64,000 nucleotides of DNA from an uncultured Bacteroidota bacterium (GTDB taxonomy: Bacteria > Bacteroidota > Bacteroidia > Bacteroidales > WCHB1-69). Below the pieces are notes generated by a model. It had not been told where the DNA came from. It did no database searches and saw only the letters and a program-made list of their open reading frames with translations. Positions 37,028 through 45,964 of the stretch are shown here, piece by piece. Numbering within the stretch: position 1 is the stretch's first letter; each line of letters starts with the position of its first letter. Both the position numbers and the translations under genes were made by a program. The stretch spans positions 158,011 to 222,010 of the forward strand of contig CADADB010000002.1 in assembly GCA_902786595.1 (NCBI GenBank), in the 5' to 3' direction.

Positions 37028-37711
37028 TCAAAACTGAAACGAGTACACAAAATAGAACGTGGAGTTGTAGTATTTCTTGAGGATTCCGGTGGTGACTTCT
37101 TGTTCAGGGATGCCAACCGGGATGAGGGAATGGCTGAAGCGGAGTGACAGGCCGTGGTGACGTTTGAAGACGTAGGAAAGGCCCGCAAGAAAAGAAAACT
37201 CAAACCGATTGAGGCCATAATAGTCGTCCCACACATCGCTCCAACTCGAAGTGCCAGCAGGAGTGCCAACATGGTGTCGTTGTACAGTCCTCTGATACAA
37301 CAGAAAGCCGATTGTGGGGCCGAAATCAAGCCATACTCCATCATTGTCAGTTTTAATGCTATTAAAGCGAAATCGTAATAGAAGCGGAAATTCTATGTAG
37401 CCTAAAGACGTTGAATGCTTGTCTTTACGTGCTAATCCTTTAACACCGAAATTAGGTTTGGAGCGGGTGCCTTTCATTGTAAAGTTCATATCCAGCTGCA
37501 ACAACATTCGTACATTGTAGTTGTCAACAAGTTTCACATTGCCGAATAATCCAGCTGTTATTCCTGTTTTCCAATATCCAGGAATATTATCCGCAGACAT
37601 CGCTGAAAATGTATTGCCGAATACAACACCTCCGCCGAAATAGGACTTTTGGGAGAAGCCTTGCAGAAAGCACAGGCTCAACGCAAAAATCAAAATCAGT
37701 CGGTTTCTCAT
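37028..37711 (-). CDS. Outer-membrane beta-barrel (porin-family/OMP_b-brl-like) protein
   Basis: Signal peptide, alternating beta-strand pattern, C-terminus ending YSFQF. Confidence 0.75.
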   Translation of the reverse strand: MRNRLILIFALSLCFLQGFSQKSYFGGGVVFGNTFSAMSADNIPGYWKTGITAGLFGNVKLVDNYNVRMLLQLDMNFTMKGTRSKPNFGVKGLARKDKHSTSLGYIEFPLLLRFRFNSIKTDNDGVWLDFGPTIGFLLYQRTVQRHHVGTPAGTSSWSDVWDDYYGLNRFEFSFLAGLSYVFKRHHGLSLRFSHSLIPVGIPEQEVTTGILKKYYNSTFYFVYSFQF

Positions 37712-37799
37712 TGTTTTTTTATTGGATTGTTAACGTGGGAAAAGGGAATGTAGCTTGGATATGGATGTGTGCGGTGTGGCGGTAGATATGTTCTTCCGA

Positions 37800-38120
37800 T
37801 TACCAAAGGGCAACGCGGCCGAGACGACCGAGGTCGAGTGTGGCGGTCTCTGCGCCGAGAGCTTTGAAAGCCCGCATGATGGTGCTGTAGGTGATGCTTC
37901 GCCCGCTCTCAATCTTGGATACTTCCGCCCGTTTCACCCCCATACGCTCTCCCAGCTGCTGCTGCGTGAATCCGATTTTCTTCCGAGTCTGTTTGATGGC
38001 CTCTCCAATGCGATATTCCTCCACTCCTGCTCGCACTTGCGCGTCAAAAGCGTCTCTTTCAGGAGTGCCGACCTCGCCAATGTATTTGACGAGCATTTCT
38101 TTGTGTGTCTTAATCTCCAT
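37800..38120 (-). CDS. XRE-family HTH antitoxin (HigA-like)
   Basis: HTH core FTQQQLGERMGVKRAEVSKIESG. The start MEIKTHKEM at 38120 overlaps the toxin stop by 11 nt. The tracked ORF extends to 38207. Confidence 0.75.
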   Translation of the reverse strand: MEIKTHKEMLVKYIGEVGTPERDAFDAQVRAGVEEYRIGEAIKQTRKKIGFTQQQLGERMGVKRAEVSKIESGRSITYSTIMRAFKALGAETATLDLGRLGRVALW

Positions 38121-38454
38121 TTTCTTCTCGTGTTTTATAATAGTTGTCTCTAATACTTTCTGCATGTTCAATCTCTTGCTTTGGCGTTTTTCGGGTCTTT
38201 TTGTCAAATCCGTGCGTTGCCACTACAATCGAAGACCGTGTTTTGTCCCAAAACGAAAGCAATCTGTACTCGTTGCTCTCATATTCGGCCCGGAACTCCC
38301 ATATCCTTGATTCGCCCAATTTCTTGAAAATCCGGGAATCTACGACTCCCATACTCACCAAGGAGATATTGTAGAATAGTTTTTTCCTTGCCTTATCCGG
38401 CATAGCATCTATATATGACCGAGCTTCTTCGAGATATTCAACATCAATGTTCAT
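38110..38454 (-). CDS. RelE/ParE-superfamily toxin (Gp49/HigB-like)
   Basis: IWEFRAEYESNEYRLLSFWD...IVVATHGFDKKTRKTPKQEI is typical of Gp49-like toxins. Probable start MNIDVEYL. Confidence 0.75.
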   Translation of the reverse strand: MNIDVEYLEEARSYIDAMPDKARKKLFYNISLVSMGVVDSRIFKKLGESRIWEFRAEYESNEYRLLSFWDKTRSSIVVATHGFDKKTRKTPKQEIEHAESIRDNYYKTREENGD

Positions 38455-38475
38455 CGCCTTGTTTTTTTCAAAACG

Positions 38476-38483
38476 CAAAAATA
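38476..38483 (-). promoter_or_regulatory. -7 box TATTTTTG (minus strand), toxin-antitoxin operon
   Basis: CAAAAATA on the plus strand, 21 nt upstream of the ATG at 38454. Confidence 0.55.
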
Positions 38484-38891
38484 CAAAAAATGTTACAATA
38501 TTGGAAACAAAAAAAAGAGTAGGTTAGCGACAAAAAGTTATCTTCACATATCGCTCGTATCTTCACGTATTATTTCATTGTTATCTACTATTCTTAACTG
38601 TTTCACCTTTGCGCTCCCCACTTCCGTATTCACATGCACGACATACATCCTTGCTGGGTGGTGGCGGACTGAGATTTCGGTGCGGCAGAAGGTGCACTCT
38701 CTTGGGCAAAATCTTCCCAAAAATCCAAGTGATTCACCCGAGGCGTGTTCGCTAACGACTTCTCGCATTTTTTACAAGTTGCATCTTTATCGCAAAAATT
38801 GCATCTTTTCAATTGAATAATGTCATTTTTATAATATTGATTATCAATGAATTAAAAGTATTTTGCTCTTGTTTTGTTTGCTTTAATTTTG

Positions 38892-38899
38892 TAACTTTG
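38892..38899 (+). promoter_or_regulatory. -7 box TAACTTTG
   Basis: 19 nt upstream of the ATG at 38919. Confidence 0.5.
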
Positions 38900-38918
38900 C
38901 GGGCAAACAATATCAAAG

Positions 38919-39018
38919 ATGAAAGAGAATATTCTACCCTCCGACAACCCCATTCAAGACATCATCTATGACATCAGAGGTGCCAAAGCTATGCTGGACT
39001 ATGACTTAGCAGCTATTT
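38919..39018 (+). pseudogene. 5' fragment of an ORF6N/KilA-N-like gene
   Basis: IQDIIYDIRGAKAMLDYDLAAI matches the ORF6N N-terminal motif (I..IRG..VMLD.DLA..Y). Similarity ends where the convergent lipoprotein gene begins. Confidence 0.55.
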
Positions 39019-39492
39019 CTAATATGCAGCGTAATCGAGAACAATGTTGCGTTCACGTAATTCTCCATCAAACAGTTCCAGTGGTTCCATCCAACCATAT
39101 CCATCACCTCCGGATAAACTACGACGCAAGAGGGTATCACCATCCACCAATGCAATGGAATATTTCCCCGCAGGAATCTCTAATTGGTAAATACCTTTAT
39201 TGTTGGTGGATGTGCGAGCGATTTCGTGTATATTGAGATCAGAAATAGCTACCCTGTCCATCCAATATATCCAATATCCTTGCAAATCATGGATATTGAT
39301 AGAGTCGAAAACAGCTACTTCACATTCTATCGGATATTCCTGTGCGGAAGGATCATTCGCCCCTGGCATCCAATTTCCTACTCTTTTCGTGACTTTTCCA
39401 TATACACCGCATTTTATGGTAACCTTATTACAAGAAGCACATAAAACAATCAAAAGACTGGCTATTACAGCCACTATGCCAATTTTTTTCAT
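39019..39492 (-). CDS. Hypothetical lipoprotein (beta-sandwich-like)
   Basis: Lipobox LVLCASC. 157 aa. Starts 7 nt after the ileS stop. Confidence 0.65.
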   Translation of the reverse strand: MKKIGIVAVIASLLIVLCASCNKVTIKCGVYGKVTKRVGNWMPGANDPSAQEYPIECEVAVFDSINIHDLQGYWIYWMDRVAISDLNIHEIARTSTNNKGIYQLEIPAGKYSIALVDGDTLLRRSLSGGDGYGWMEPLELFDGELRERNIVLDYAAY

Positions 39493-39499
39493 AATTCAT

Positions 39500-42400
39500 T
39501 TATTGTTTCTCAATCTTCACCCTAATCTTCACATCCTCCAGATCCATCTCCACGCCGTCGGAAACCGTGGCGGCGATGGTCAGGGAGGTGCAGAGGGTCT
39601 CGTTGCAGATGTGGCTCTCGAAGGCCTTCAAAGCGGGAGTGATGACCTCGTTGTTCTCCACGGTGACGGCGATCTTGTCCAGCACCTCGAAGTTGTTCTC
39701 CTTGCGGTAGGTCTGCACCAGCTTCACGAACTCGCGGGCGTAACCCTCGTTCTTCAGCTCCTCGGTGACCTCGATGTCCAAGGCCACGGTCAATGCGCCG
39801 AAGTTGGCCACCACCCAGCCGGGGATGTCCTGCGCCTGGATCTCCACATCGTCGGTGGTGATCTCCACGGGCTGACCCTCAATCTCGAACCTCATCACGC
39901 CCTCTTTCTCCAACTGCGCGATCTCTTGCTGCGAGAAGCCCGTGATCTTGGCGGCCACTAACTTCATGATCTTGCCGTATTTCGGTCCCAACTTCTTGAA
40001 ATCGGGTTTGATACGCTTCACGAAGACGCCGTCCTCGTTGCTGACGAACACCAACTCCTTGACGTTGACCTCGTGCAGAATCAGATCCTGCACCAACGAA
40101 ATCTGCTGTTTGAAATGTTCGTCCATCACGGGAATCATAATCTTGGAGAGCGGCTGACGCACCTTCAGGTTGGTCTTCTTACGCAACGCTAACACCATGG
40201 AGCTGAACTGCTGCGCAAGCTGCATACGCTCCTCCAACTCCTTGTCAATCAGCTCCTCGTGTACCTCGGGATAGTCGGCCAAATGCACGGACTCGAACGC
40301 TTCCTTACCGGTGACGCGGTTGAGGTCCTGATAGAGCTTGTCCATGAAGAACGGCGCGATGGGCGAGGCGATCTTGGCGATGGTCTCCAAGCAGGTGTAG
40401 AGTGTCTGGTAGGCGGAAATTTTGTCTTCGCTGTATTCGCCCTTCCAGAAGCGGCGGCGGCAGAGACGCACATACCAGTTGCTGAGGTAAGCGTCCGTAA
40501 AATCCTGAATCTCACGGCCCACCTTGGTTGGCTCATAGTCGATGTAGTTTTCCTGACAGTGCTTCACCAATGTGTTCAGCTCGGAGAGAATCCAACGGTC
40601 GATTTCGGGACGTTTGGCGAACGGAATCTCCGCCTCTTTGTACGTGAATCCGTCAATGTTGGCGTACAGCGCGAAAAAGTTGTAGGTGTTGAACAGCGTG
40701 CCGAAGAACTTGCGCTGCACTTCGCCGATGCCGGCCTCGTCGAACTTGAGGTTGTCCCACGGGGAGGCGTTGGTGATCATATACCAGCGGGTCGCGTCGG
40801 GACCGTATTTGTGGATGATCTCGAACGGATCGACGGCGTTGCCCAAACGTTTGGACATCTTGTTGCCGTTTTTGTCGAGCACCAAGCCGTTGGAAATCAC
40901 GGACTTGAAAGCCACACTGTCGAACAGCATTGTGGCGATGGCGTGCAACGTGAAGAACCAGCCGCGCGTCTGATCGACACCCTCCGCGATGAAGTCGGCG
41001 GGGAAGTTGGTCTTGAAGAACTCCTTGTTCTCGAACGGGTAGTGCAGCTGGCTGTAGGGCATCGAGCCGGAGTCGAACCAGACATCGATGAGGTCGCTCT
41101 CGCGGTACATCTTCTGACCCGTCGGGGAGACCAGCACGATGCTATCGACGTAGGGTTTGTGCAGGTCGATGTTGTTGTCGTAGTTCTCCTGCGACATATC
41201 GTTGACCTTGAAGTTTTTATACGGATTCTCGGTCATAAAGCCGGCGGCGATGGACTTGTCGATTTCGGCCATCAGCTGCTCGATGGAGCCGATGCAGATC
41301 TGCTCTTTCTTGTCCTCGGTGGTCCAGATGGGCAGCGGCACGCCCCAGAAGCGGGAGCGGGAGAGGTTCCAATCGACGAGGTTCTCGAGCCAGTTGCCAA
41401 AACGGCCGGAGCCGGTGGCGGCAGGCTTCCACTTGATGGTCTTGTTCAGCTCCATCATACGCTCTTTGTAGGCCGTGGTCTTGATGAACCAGGAGTCGAG
41501 CGGATAGTAGAGCACGGGCTTGTCGGTACGCCAGCAGTGCGGGTAGTTGTGGGTGTGCTTCTCGCTCTTGAAAAGCTTGCCCTGCTCCTTCAGCATCACC
41601 ACGATATCCACGTCCAAGGATTTGTCCTTCTCGGTTTTGGTCGGGTCGTAGGCGTTCTTCACGAACTGGCCGGCGTAGGGACGGTAGGCCTCCACATCCA
41701 TGCAGTTTTGGACAAATTCGGGGTCGAGGTCTTCGATGCGGTAGAACTTGCCGGTGCGATCGACCATCGGCTGGCGGATGCCGTCCTTGTCGATCATCAC
41801 GAGCGGCGGGATGCCGGCGGCGGCGGCCACGCGCTTGTCGTCGGCGCCGAAGGTCGGGGCGATGTGGACGATGCCGGTACCGTCTTCCGTGGTGACATAG
41901 TCGCCGGGGATGATGCGGAAGGCACCTTCGCCGGGGTTCACCCACGGGATGAGCTGCTCGTAGGAGATGCCCACGAGGTCTTTGCCCTTGAACTCCTTCA
42001 CAACCTCCGGGGCCTCCTTGAACATCGTGGAAACCAACGCTTTGGCCATCAGGATATAGCAAGGCTGTTCCGTGTAAGGATGCACGGTCTTCAGCAGCAC
42101 ATAGTCGATGTTCGGACCCACGCACAACGCCGTGTTGCTCGGCAGTGTCCACGGGGTGGTCGTCCACGCAATCGCGTATGTAGGCATCGGGTCGTTGGCG
42201 TTAATGGACAAATTGTCGTTGCCGTTCACCAATTTGAACAGGGCAACGCAGGTCAAATCTTTCACATCGCGGTAGCAGCCGGGCAGATTGAGCTCGTGGG
42301 AGCTGAGGCCGGTGCCGGCAGCGGGGGAGTAGGGCTGGATGGAGTAGCCCTTATAGAGCAGACCTTTCTTGTAAAGTTCTGACAGTAAATACCATACGGT

Positions 42401-42871
42401 TTCGATGTACTTGTTGTCGAAGGTGATGTAGGGGTGTTCGAGATCGACCCAGTAGCCCATCTCGCGGGTGAGGTCATCCCATTTGTCCTTGAATTTCATC
42501 ACCTCGCGGCGGCAGGCCTTGTTGTAGTCCTCCACGGAGATTTTCTTGCCGATGTCCTCCTTGGTGATGCCGAGGGTTTTCTCCACGCCAAGCTCCACGG
42601 GCAGACCGTGCGTGTCCCAGCCGCCCTTACGTCCGACGTACTTACCGGTGAGGGTCTGGTAGCGGCAGACAATGTCCTTGATGGTGCGGGCCATCACGTG
42701 GTGGATGCCGGGCATACCGTTGGCGGACGGCGGTCCCTCAAAGAAAACGAACCGTTCGTGTCCCTCGCGGGTCGATAGACTCTTGGCGAAGATGTCATTG
42801 TCTTCCCAATATTTTCTCATTTCCTCCCCAAGGGCAGGGAGATTAAGACCTTTGTATTCAGTATATTTCAT
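39500..42871 (-). CDS. ileS: Isoleucine--tRNA ligase (type 2)
   Basis: PPSANGMPGIHH (HIGH-like) and KMSKRLGN (KMSKS). Probable start MKYTEYKGL at 42871, 29 nt after a -7 box. The tracked ORF runs to 42958. Confidence 0.97.
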   Translation of the reverse strand: MKYTEYKGLNLPALGEEMRKYWEDNDIFAKSLSTREGHERFVFFEGPPSANGMPGIHHVMARTIKDIVCRYQTLTGKYVGRKGGWDTHGLPVELGVEKTLGITKEDIGKKISVEDYNKACRREVMKFKDKWDDLTREMGYWVDLEHPYITFDNKYIETVWYLLSELYKKGLLYKGYSIQPYSPAAGTGLSSHELNLPGCYRDVKDLTCVALFKLVNGNDNLSINANDPMPTYAIAWTTTPWTLPSNTALCVGPNIDYVLLKTVHPYTEQPCYILMAKALVSTMFKEAPEVVKEFKGKDLVGISYEQLIPWVNPGEGAFRIIPGDYVTTEDGTGIVHIAPTFGADDKRVAAAAGIPPLVMIDKDGIRQPMVDRTGKFYRIEDLDPEFVQNCMDVEAYRPYAGQFVKNAYDPTKTEKDKSLDVDIVVMLKEQGKLFKSEKHTHNYPHCWRTDKPVLYYPLDSWFIKTTAYKERMMELNKTIKWKPAATGSGRFGNWLENLVDWNLSRSRFWGVPLPIWTTEDKKEQICIGSIEQLMAEIDKSIAAGFMTENPYKNFKVNDMSQENYDNNIDLHKPYVDSIVLVSPTGQKMYRESDLIDVWFDSGSMPYSQLHYPFENKEFFKTNFPADFIAEGVDQTRGWFFTLHAIATMLFDSVAFKSVISNGLVLDKNGNKMSKRLGNAVDPFEIIHKYGPDATRWYMITNASPWDNLKFDEAGIGEVQRKFFGTLFNTYNFFALYANIDGFTYKEAEIPFAKRPEIDRWILSELNTLVKHCQENYIDYEPTKVGREIQDFTDAYLSNWYVRLCRRRFWKGEYSEDKISAYQTLYTCLETIAKIASPIAPFFMDKLYQDLNRVTGKEAFESVHLADYPEVHEELIDKELEERMQLAQQFSSMVLALRKKTNLKVRQPLSKIMIPVMDEHFKQQISLVQDLILHEVNVKELVFVSNEDGVFVKRIKPDFKKLGPKYGKIMKLVAAKITGFSQQEIAQLEKEGVMRFEIEGQPVEITTDDVEIQAQDIPGWVVANFGALTVALDIEVTEELKNEGYAREFVKLVQTYRKENNFEVLDKIAVTVENNEVITPALKAFESHICNETLCTSLTIAATVSDGVEMDLEDVKIRVKIEKQ

Positions 42872-42899
42872 CGAAGTATAGATTTTTCCAAAAAACTGG

Positions 42900-42907
42900 C
42901 AAAGATA
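42900..42907 (-). promoter_or_regulatory. -7 box TATCTTTG (minus strand), ileS
   Basis: CAAAGATA on the plus strand. Confidence 0.6.
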
Positions 42908-42969
42908 CAATTTTTTTGGGATTAGTGAGTAGTGAACAGTGATCGGTTCGGGGGCCATTATATGAGAAT

Positions 42970-43428
42970 CTAATCCCCCTGCATCAAAACAAACAATTCT
43001 TGAATCTCTTTTTGTGCCAAAGGGAGCAAGCAGTTGTCCTTCTTCGCCAAAATGGCAGCCCTAATTTGTTCCACGGAGTAATCTATTTTCGTCACAATGT
43101 TATCATTGTTCAAAATCTTGTACCAATAATGGAACAATCTCATCCTGCATTCAGATCGTCCGTCAGATGAATCACACACAAACAAGATAACCTCTTCATA
43201 ATCATCCCAAAAATCAGAAATAATACTGAGGATTGTGTTTCGTATCCTTGGATCCATGCCATATCGCCCGACCGTGCTTTTGGCAAAAACAAAATTATAG
43301 ACTACACAAGATTCTATGGGAACCTTGTTGAAATAGGCAATATACTCGACCCCTTTGTCGGTCACAAAACGATATTCTCCATCAATGCTTTTACTGTACG
43401 GATAATGGCTTAACGATTTCAATTCCAC
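42970..43428 (-). CDS. Hypothetical protein (152 aa, GTG start)
   Basis: AT-rich ORF with no recognised motif. Overlapped at its 5' end by the 53-aa ORF. Confidence 0.6.
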   Translation of the reverse strand: MELKSLSHYPYSKSIDGEYRFVTDKGVEYIAYFNKVPIESCVVYNFVFAKSTVGRYGMDPRIRNTILSIISDFWDDYEEVILFVCDSSDGRSECRMRLFHYWYKILNNDNIVTKIDYSVEQIRAAILAKKDNCLLPLAQKEIQELFVLMQGD

Positions 43429-43552
43429 GGTTTTTGATTAATGCTTTCATGTCTCCTCCGTTTTCAATGCAGTCAATCATCGCGTTTTTGTCATCGATGA
43501 TTTTTTGGAAAAAGGCCCTTGCCTCCTCTTTAGTTTTAATTTTCTTCTTCAT
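43391..43552 (-). CDS. Small hypothetical protein (53 aa), below the ORF-track cutoff
   Basis: Hand translation: MKKKIKTKEEARAFFQKIIDDKNAMIDCIENGGDMKALIKNRGIEIVKPLSVQ. A -7 box lies 23 nt upstream. Overlaps the downstream ORF by 38 nt. Confidence 0.45.
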   Translation of the reverse strand: MKKKIKTKEEARAFFQKIIDDKNAMIDCIENGGDMKALIKNRGIEIVKPLSVQ

Positions 43553-43575
43553 AGTTTGTTCATTTTCATCATCTG

Positions 43576-43583
43576 CAAAAATA
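43576..43583 (-). promoter_or_regulatory. -7 box TATTTTTG (minus strand)
   Basis: CAAAAATA on the plus strand. Confidence 0.5.
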
Positions 43584-43714
43584 CATTTTTTTTAATATCC
43601 ATACATTATTCGATAATTTTTTCAACTTCCCTCTCCCGCGTGCGGGACGCACGCCGCAAACTCCTCTTTCAAGAGAATTGCCCATTATAACTATATACAA
43701 ATCAATTACTTACA

Positions 43715-43723
43715 CCCCCCCCC
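43715..43723. repeat. C9 homopolymer
   Basis: acaCCCCCCCCCgag in the divergent intergenic region. Confidence 0.95.
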
Positions 43724-43892
43724 GAGATCACTAAAAAACGCATTTTTTTGTAATCTTTCGGGCGTTTTTTCGTTATAAGAATAAACCAATTATGAATTAT
43801 GAATGATGATAATACGATAAAAACTACCGAGCTCTTGCCCCTACCGACCAACTGCTAACAGCCTATTGCCTATTAACTTAATACCCAACAAT

Positions 43893-45893
43893 ATGAAAAA
43901 CCAACTACCCCTTTTCGTGGCCACCTTCGCCACCCTTTTCATCACCCTCGCCGCCTCCGCCCAAGGCGAGTGGAAGTGGGCGCATTGCTGGAGCAGTACA
44001 CCACCCCCAAACAACTACGATGTTAACACTGTAAAAAACATCGATTTTGACGATGAGGGGAATGTTTATGTGTTGGGGACTTTTGGTGGAAACCTGACGT
44101 TTGACGGTAACACGTTCCTTTTCCTCAATAATCCAACTGTTTATTACAATTCCAGCTGGAGCGCATTTATTATGAAATATGACACTATGGGCAATATGTT
44201 GTGGCATAAAGAGGTGAAAACCAGTCGGGATAGCAGGTGCATACCCCACTGGTTGGAAGTGAGAGACAATAAAGTTTATGTCATGGGGAATGCTGGCCTG
44301 ACCGATGTGGATGCTTATTCCGATGATCAGGCTTGGCACTATTGGCTCGACACCTTGATAACCGGTTCTCAGGTGCGGCCTATCCCAAGAGATCAAAGGG
44401 TTCCGCCGTGTACGGTAGGACGATGGTCCTATTTGGCCACTTTTGACTTGGACGGAAACCTGTTGGACAGCCATTTCGTTCAGCCTTTCGGTCGAAAAAT
44501 ATATGCTAATAATATCCGTGCAGAAGAATATCTTTGCAACGAGGCGAGTTTAAATATCTCACCTTTTCATGTTGATGCGCAGGGGAATACATACATTTTC
44601 ACTAAATTAGTTTATGACGGCCCCAGCACCAATCCATATACCTTGGTGGTGGATGGCGACACCAACAGAAAATATGATATTTATTTTCCTGAAGGAAGCG
44701 ATGTCCCAGGCCCTTATTTCACAAATATAATGATGTATAAGTTTTCCCCAGATTGGGAATTGCTGTTCGCGAAACAATTGATAGATCATTCGGACGGTAT
44801 TGGACTTTCGATAGGAGACTCTATTAATCCATATACACCGTCCCTGTCTGGTTTTTCTGTTGATGAGGAAGGGAACTTCTACTTGTCTGGCCATTTTGTG
44901 ATTCCTAGTGAAGATATCTACTTTAATGTACCTCCCCAATTCCCTGTTCACATATATTGGGATAGTATTCATTATGTAACGATTCAGGATTATAGCTCTG
45001 ATATTACGCCTTTTATTATCAAATATAATGCGGACGGGGAACTTCTTTGGTGTAACCAGATATATACGCTCGGTTCTCATGATCCGAATCTTCCAGACCA
45101 TGCAAACAGCAATGTGTCGGGTTGTTATTATAATAATGGACATGTATATATGATAGGAGTGGGAGCTTATGGGCCACAGGGCAGCGTTTATTTTGATGAT
45201 CCGAGCCATCCGTTAAGCCAAATGGTGGAAAACCAACTCAACATCGGTTTTTTTGTCGGCTATGATGCCATGACGGGGCATTATGTCAGCCATGGTATTG
45301 TTCCGGCAAACAATTCAGGAACAGGGTTTCGCTTGGCGGCTCTCCACAACAGAGTCTTTGCCTATGCAATAGCAAATCTTATAAACCAAGCTTTTTACCA
45401 ATGGAGAGAAGACGGTTTGTTCATTCATGCGGATACCATATATTCCTCAAGTTCGTTTGGCTACGGCAATACGTATGTCAATAATCAAGGATATATGGCG
45501 ATTTCAGGCGAATGCCAATCTTCCGTAACGTTCTCTGACAACGTATCTGTTTGCAGCAGTCCAACAGTTTGCAAAAGTGCAGTCATCGCCCTCTATCATA
45601 ACCCCGAATTCACCACGCCATACGTGGGCATCCCCGCGTATGACAGGCTGAAGCCGGGGGTGCGGCTGTGGCCCAACCCCGCCACCGAGCGGATCACCAT
45701 CGAGAGCGAGGAGGAGTTCCTCATCATCTCCGTCTCCGTGGCCAACATGCAGGGCACTATCCTCACTCTCCTCCCCGTCAACGACGTGCGCTGCACCCTC
45801 AACGTCCACAATCTCGCCCCCGGCACTTACATTGCGCACGTGGAGACCAAGGCGGGAATCAACGATGTGAAGTTTGTGGTGGGGAGAAATTAA
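43893..45893 (+). CDS. SBBP-like beta-propeller repeat protein with T9SS type-A C-terminal sorting domain
   Basis: Signal peptide at the ATG 43893. Recurrent D..GN.Y..G motifs. CTD: LWPNPATERITIES...GTYIAHVETKAGINDVKFVV. Confidence 0.8.
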   Translation: MKNQLPLFVATFATLFITLAASAQGEWKWAHCWSSTPPPNNYDVNTVKNIDFDDEGNVYVLGTFGGNLTFDGNTFLFLNNPTVYYNSSWSAFIMKYDTMGNMLWHKEVKTSRDSRCIPHWLEVRDNKVYVMGNAGLTDVDAYSDDQAWHYWLDTLITGSQVRPIPRDQRVPPCTVGRWSYLATFDLDGNLLDSHFVQPFGRKIYANNIRAEEYLCNEASLNISPFHVDAQGNTYIFTKLVYDGPSTNPYTLVVDGDTNRKYDIYFPEGSDVPGPYFTNIMMYKFSPDWELLFAKQLIDHSDGIGLSIGDSINPYTPSLSGFSVDEEGNFYLSGHFVIPSEDIYFNVPPQFPVHIYWDSIHYVTIQDYSSDITPFIIKYNADGELLWCNQIYTLGSHDPNLPDHANSNVSGCYYNNGHVYMIGVGAYGPQGSVYFDDPSHPLSQMVENQLNIGFFVGYDAMTGHYVSHGIVPANNSGTGFRLAALHNRVFAYAIANLINQAFYQWREDGLFIHADTIYSSSSFGYGNTYVNNQGYMAISGECQSSVTFSDNVSVCSSPTVCKSAVIALYHNPEFTTPYVGIPAYDRLKPGVRLWPNPATERITIESEEEFLIISVSVANMQGTILTLLPVNDVRCTLNVHNLAPGTYIAHVETKAGINDVKFVVGRN

Positions 45894-45964
45894 GAATGCA
45901 GAATTCAGAATGGCGATGAGGCTGTAATACCCAGCAATTGTAAATCTCTGGAACAAAGCAATTT

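Noticed and set aside
38544-38812. Two overlapping small minus-strand ORFs (60 aa with a TTG start and CxxC pairs; 74 aa)
   Set aside because: There is no clear promoter, the frames are mutually exclusive and I recognised no family. It is possibly a frameshifted remnant, which is not enough to call.
39019-39236. Distal two-thirds of the ORF 38919..39236
   Set aside because: ORF6N-like similarity stops near 39018. The remainder is antisense to the lipoprotein gene.
40259-42382. 707-aa plus-strand ORF, plus 316-aa and other ORFs in the same interval
   Set aside because: They are antisense or out of frame to ileS, with low-complexity Gly/Val/Arg composition and no motifs.
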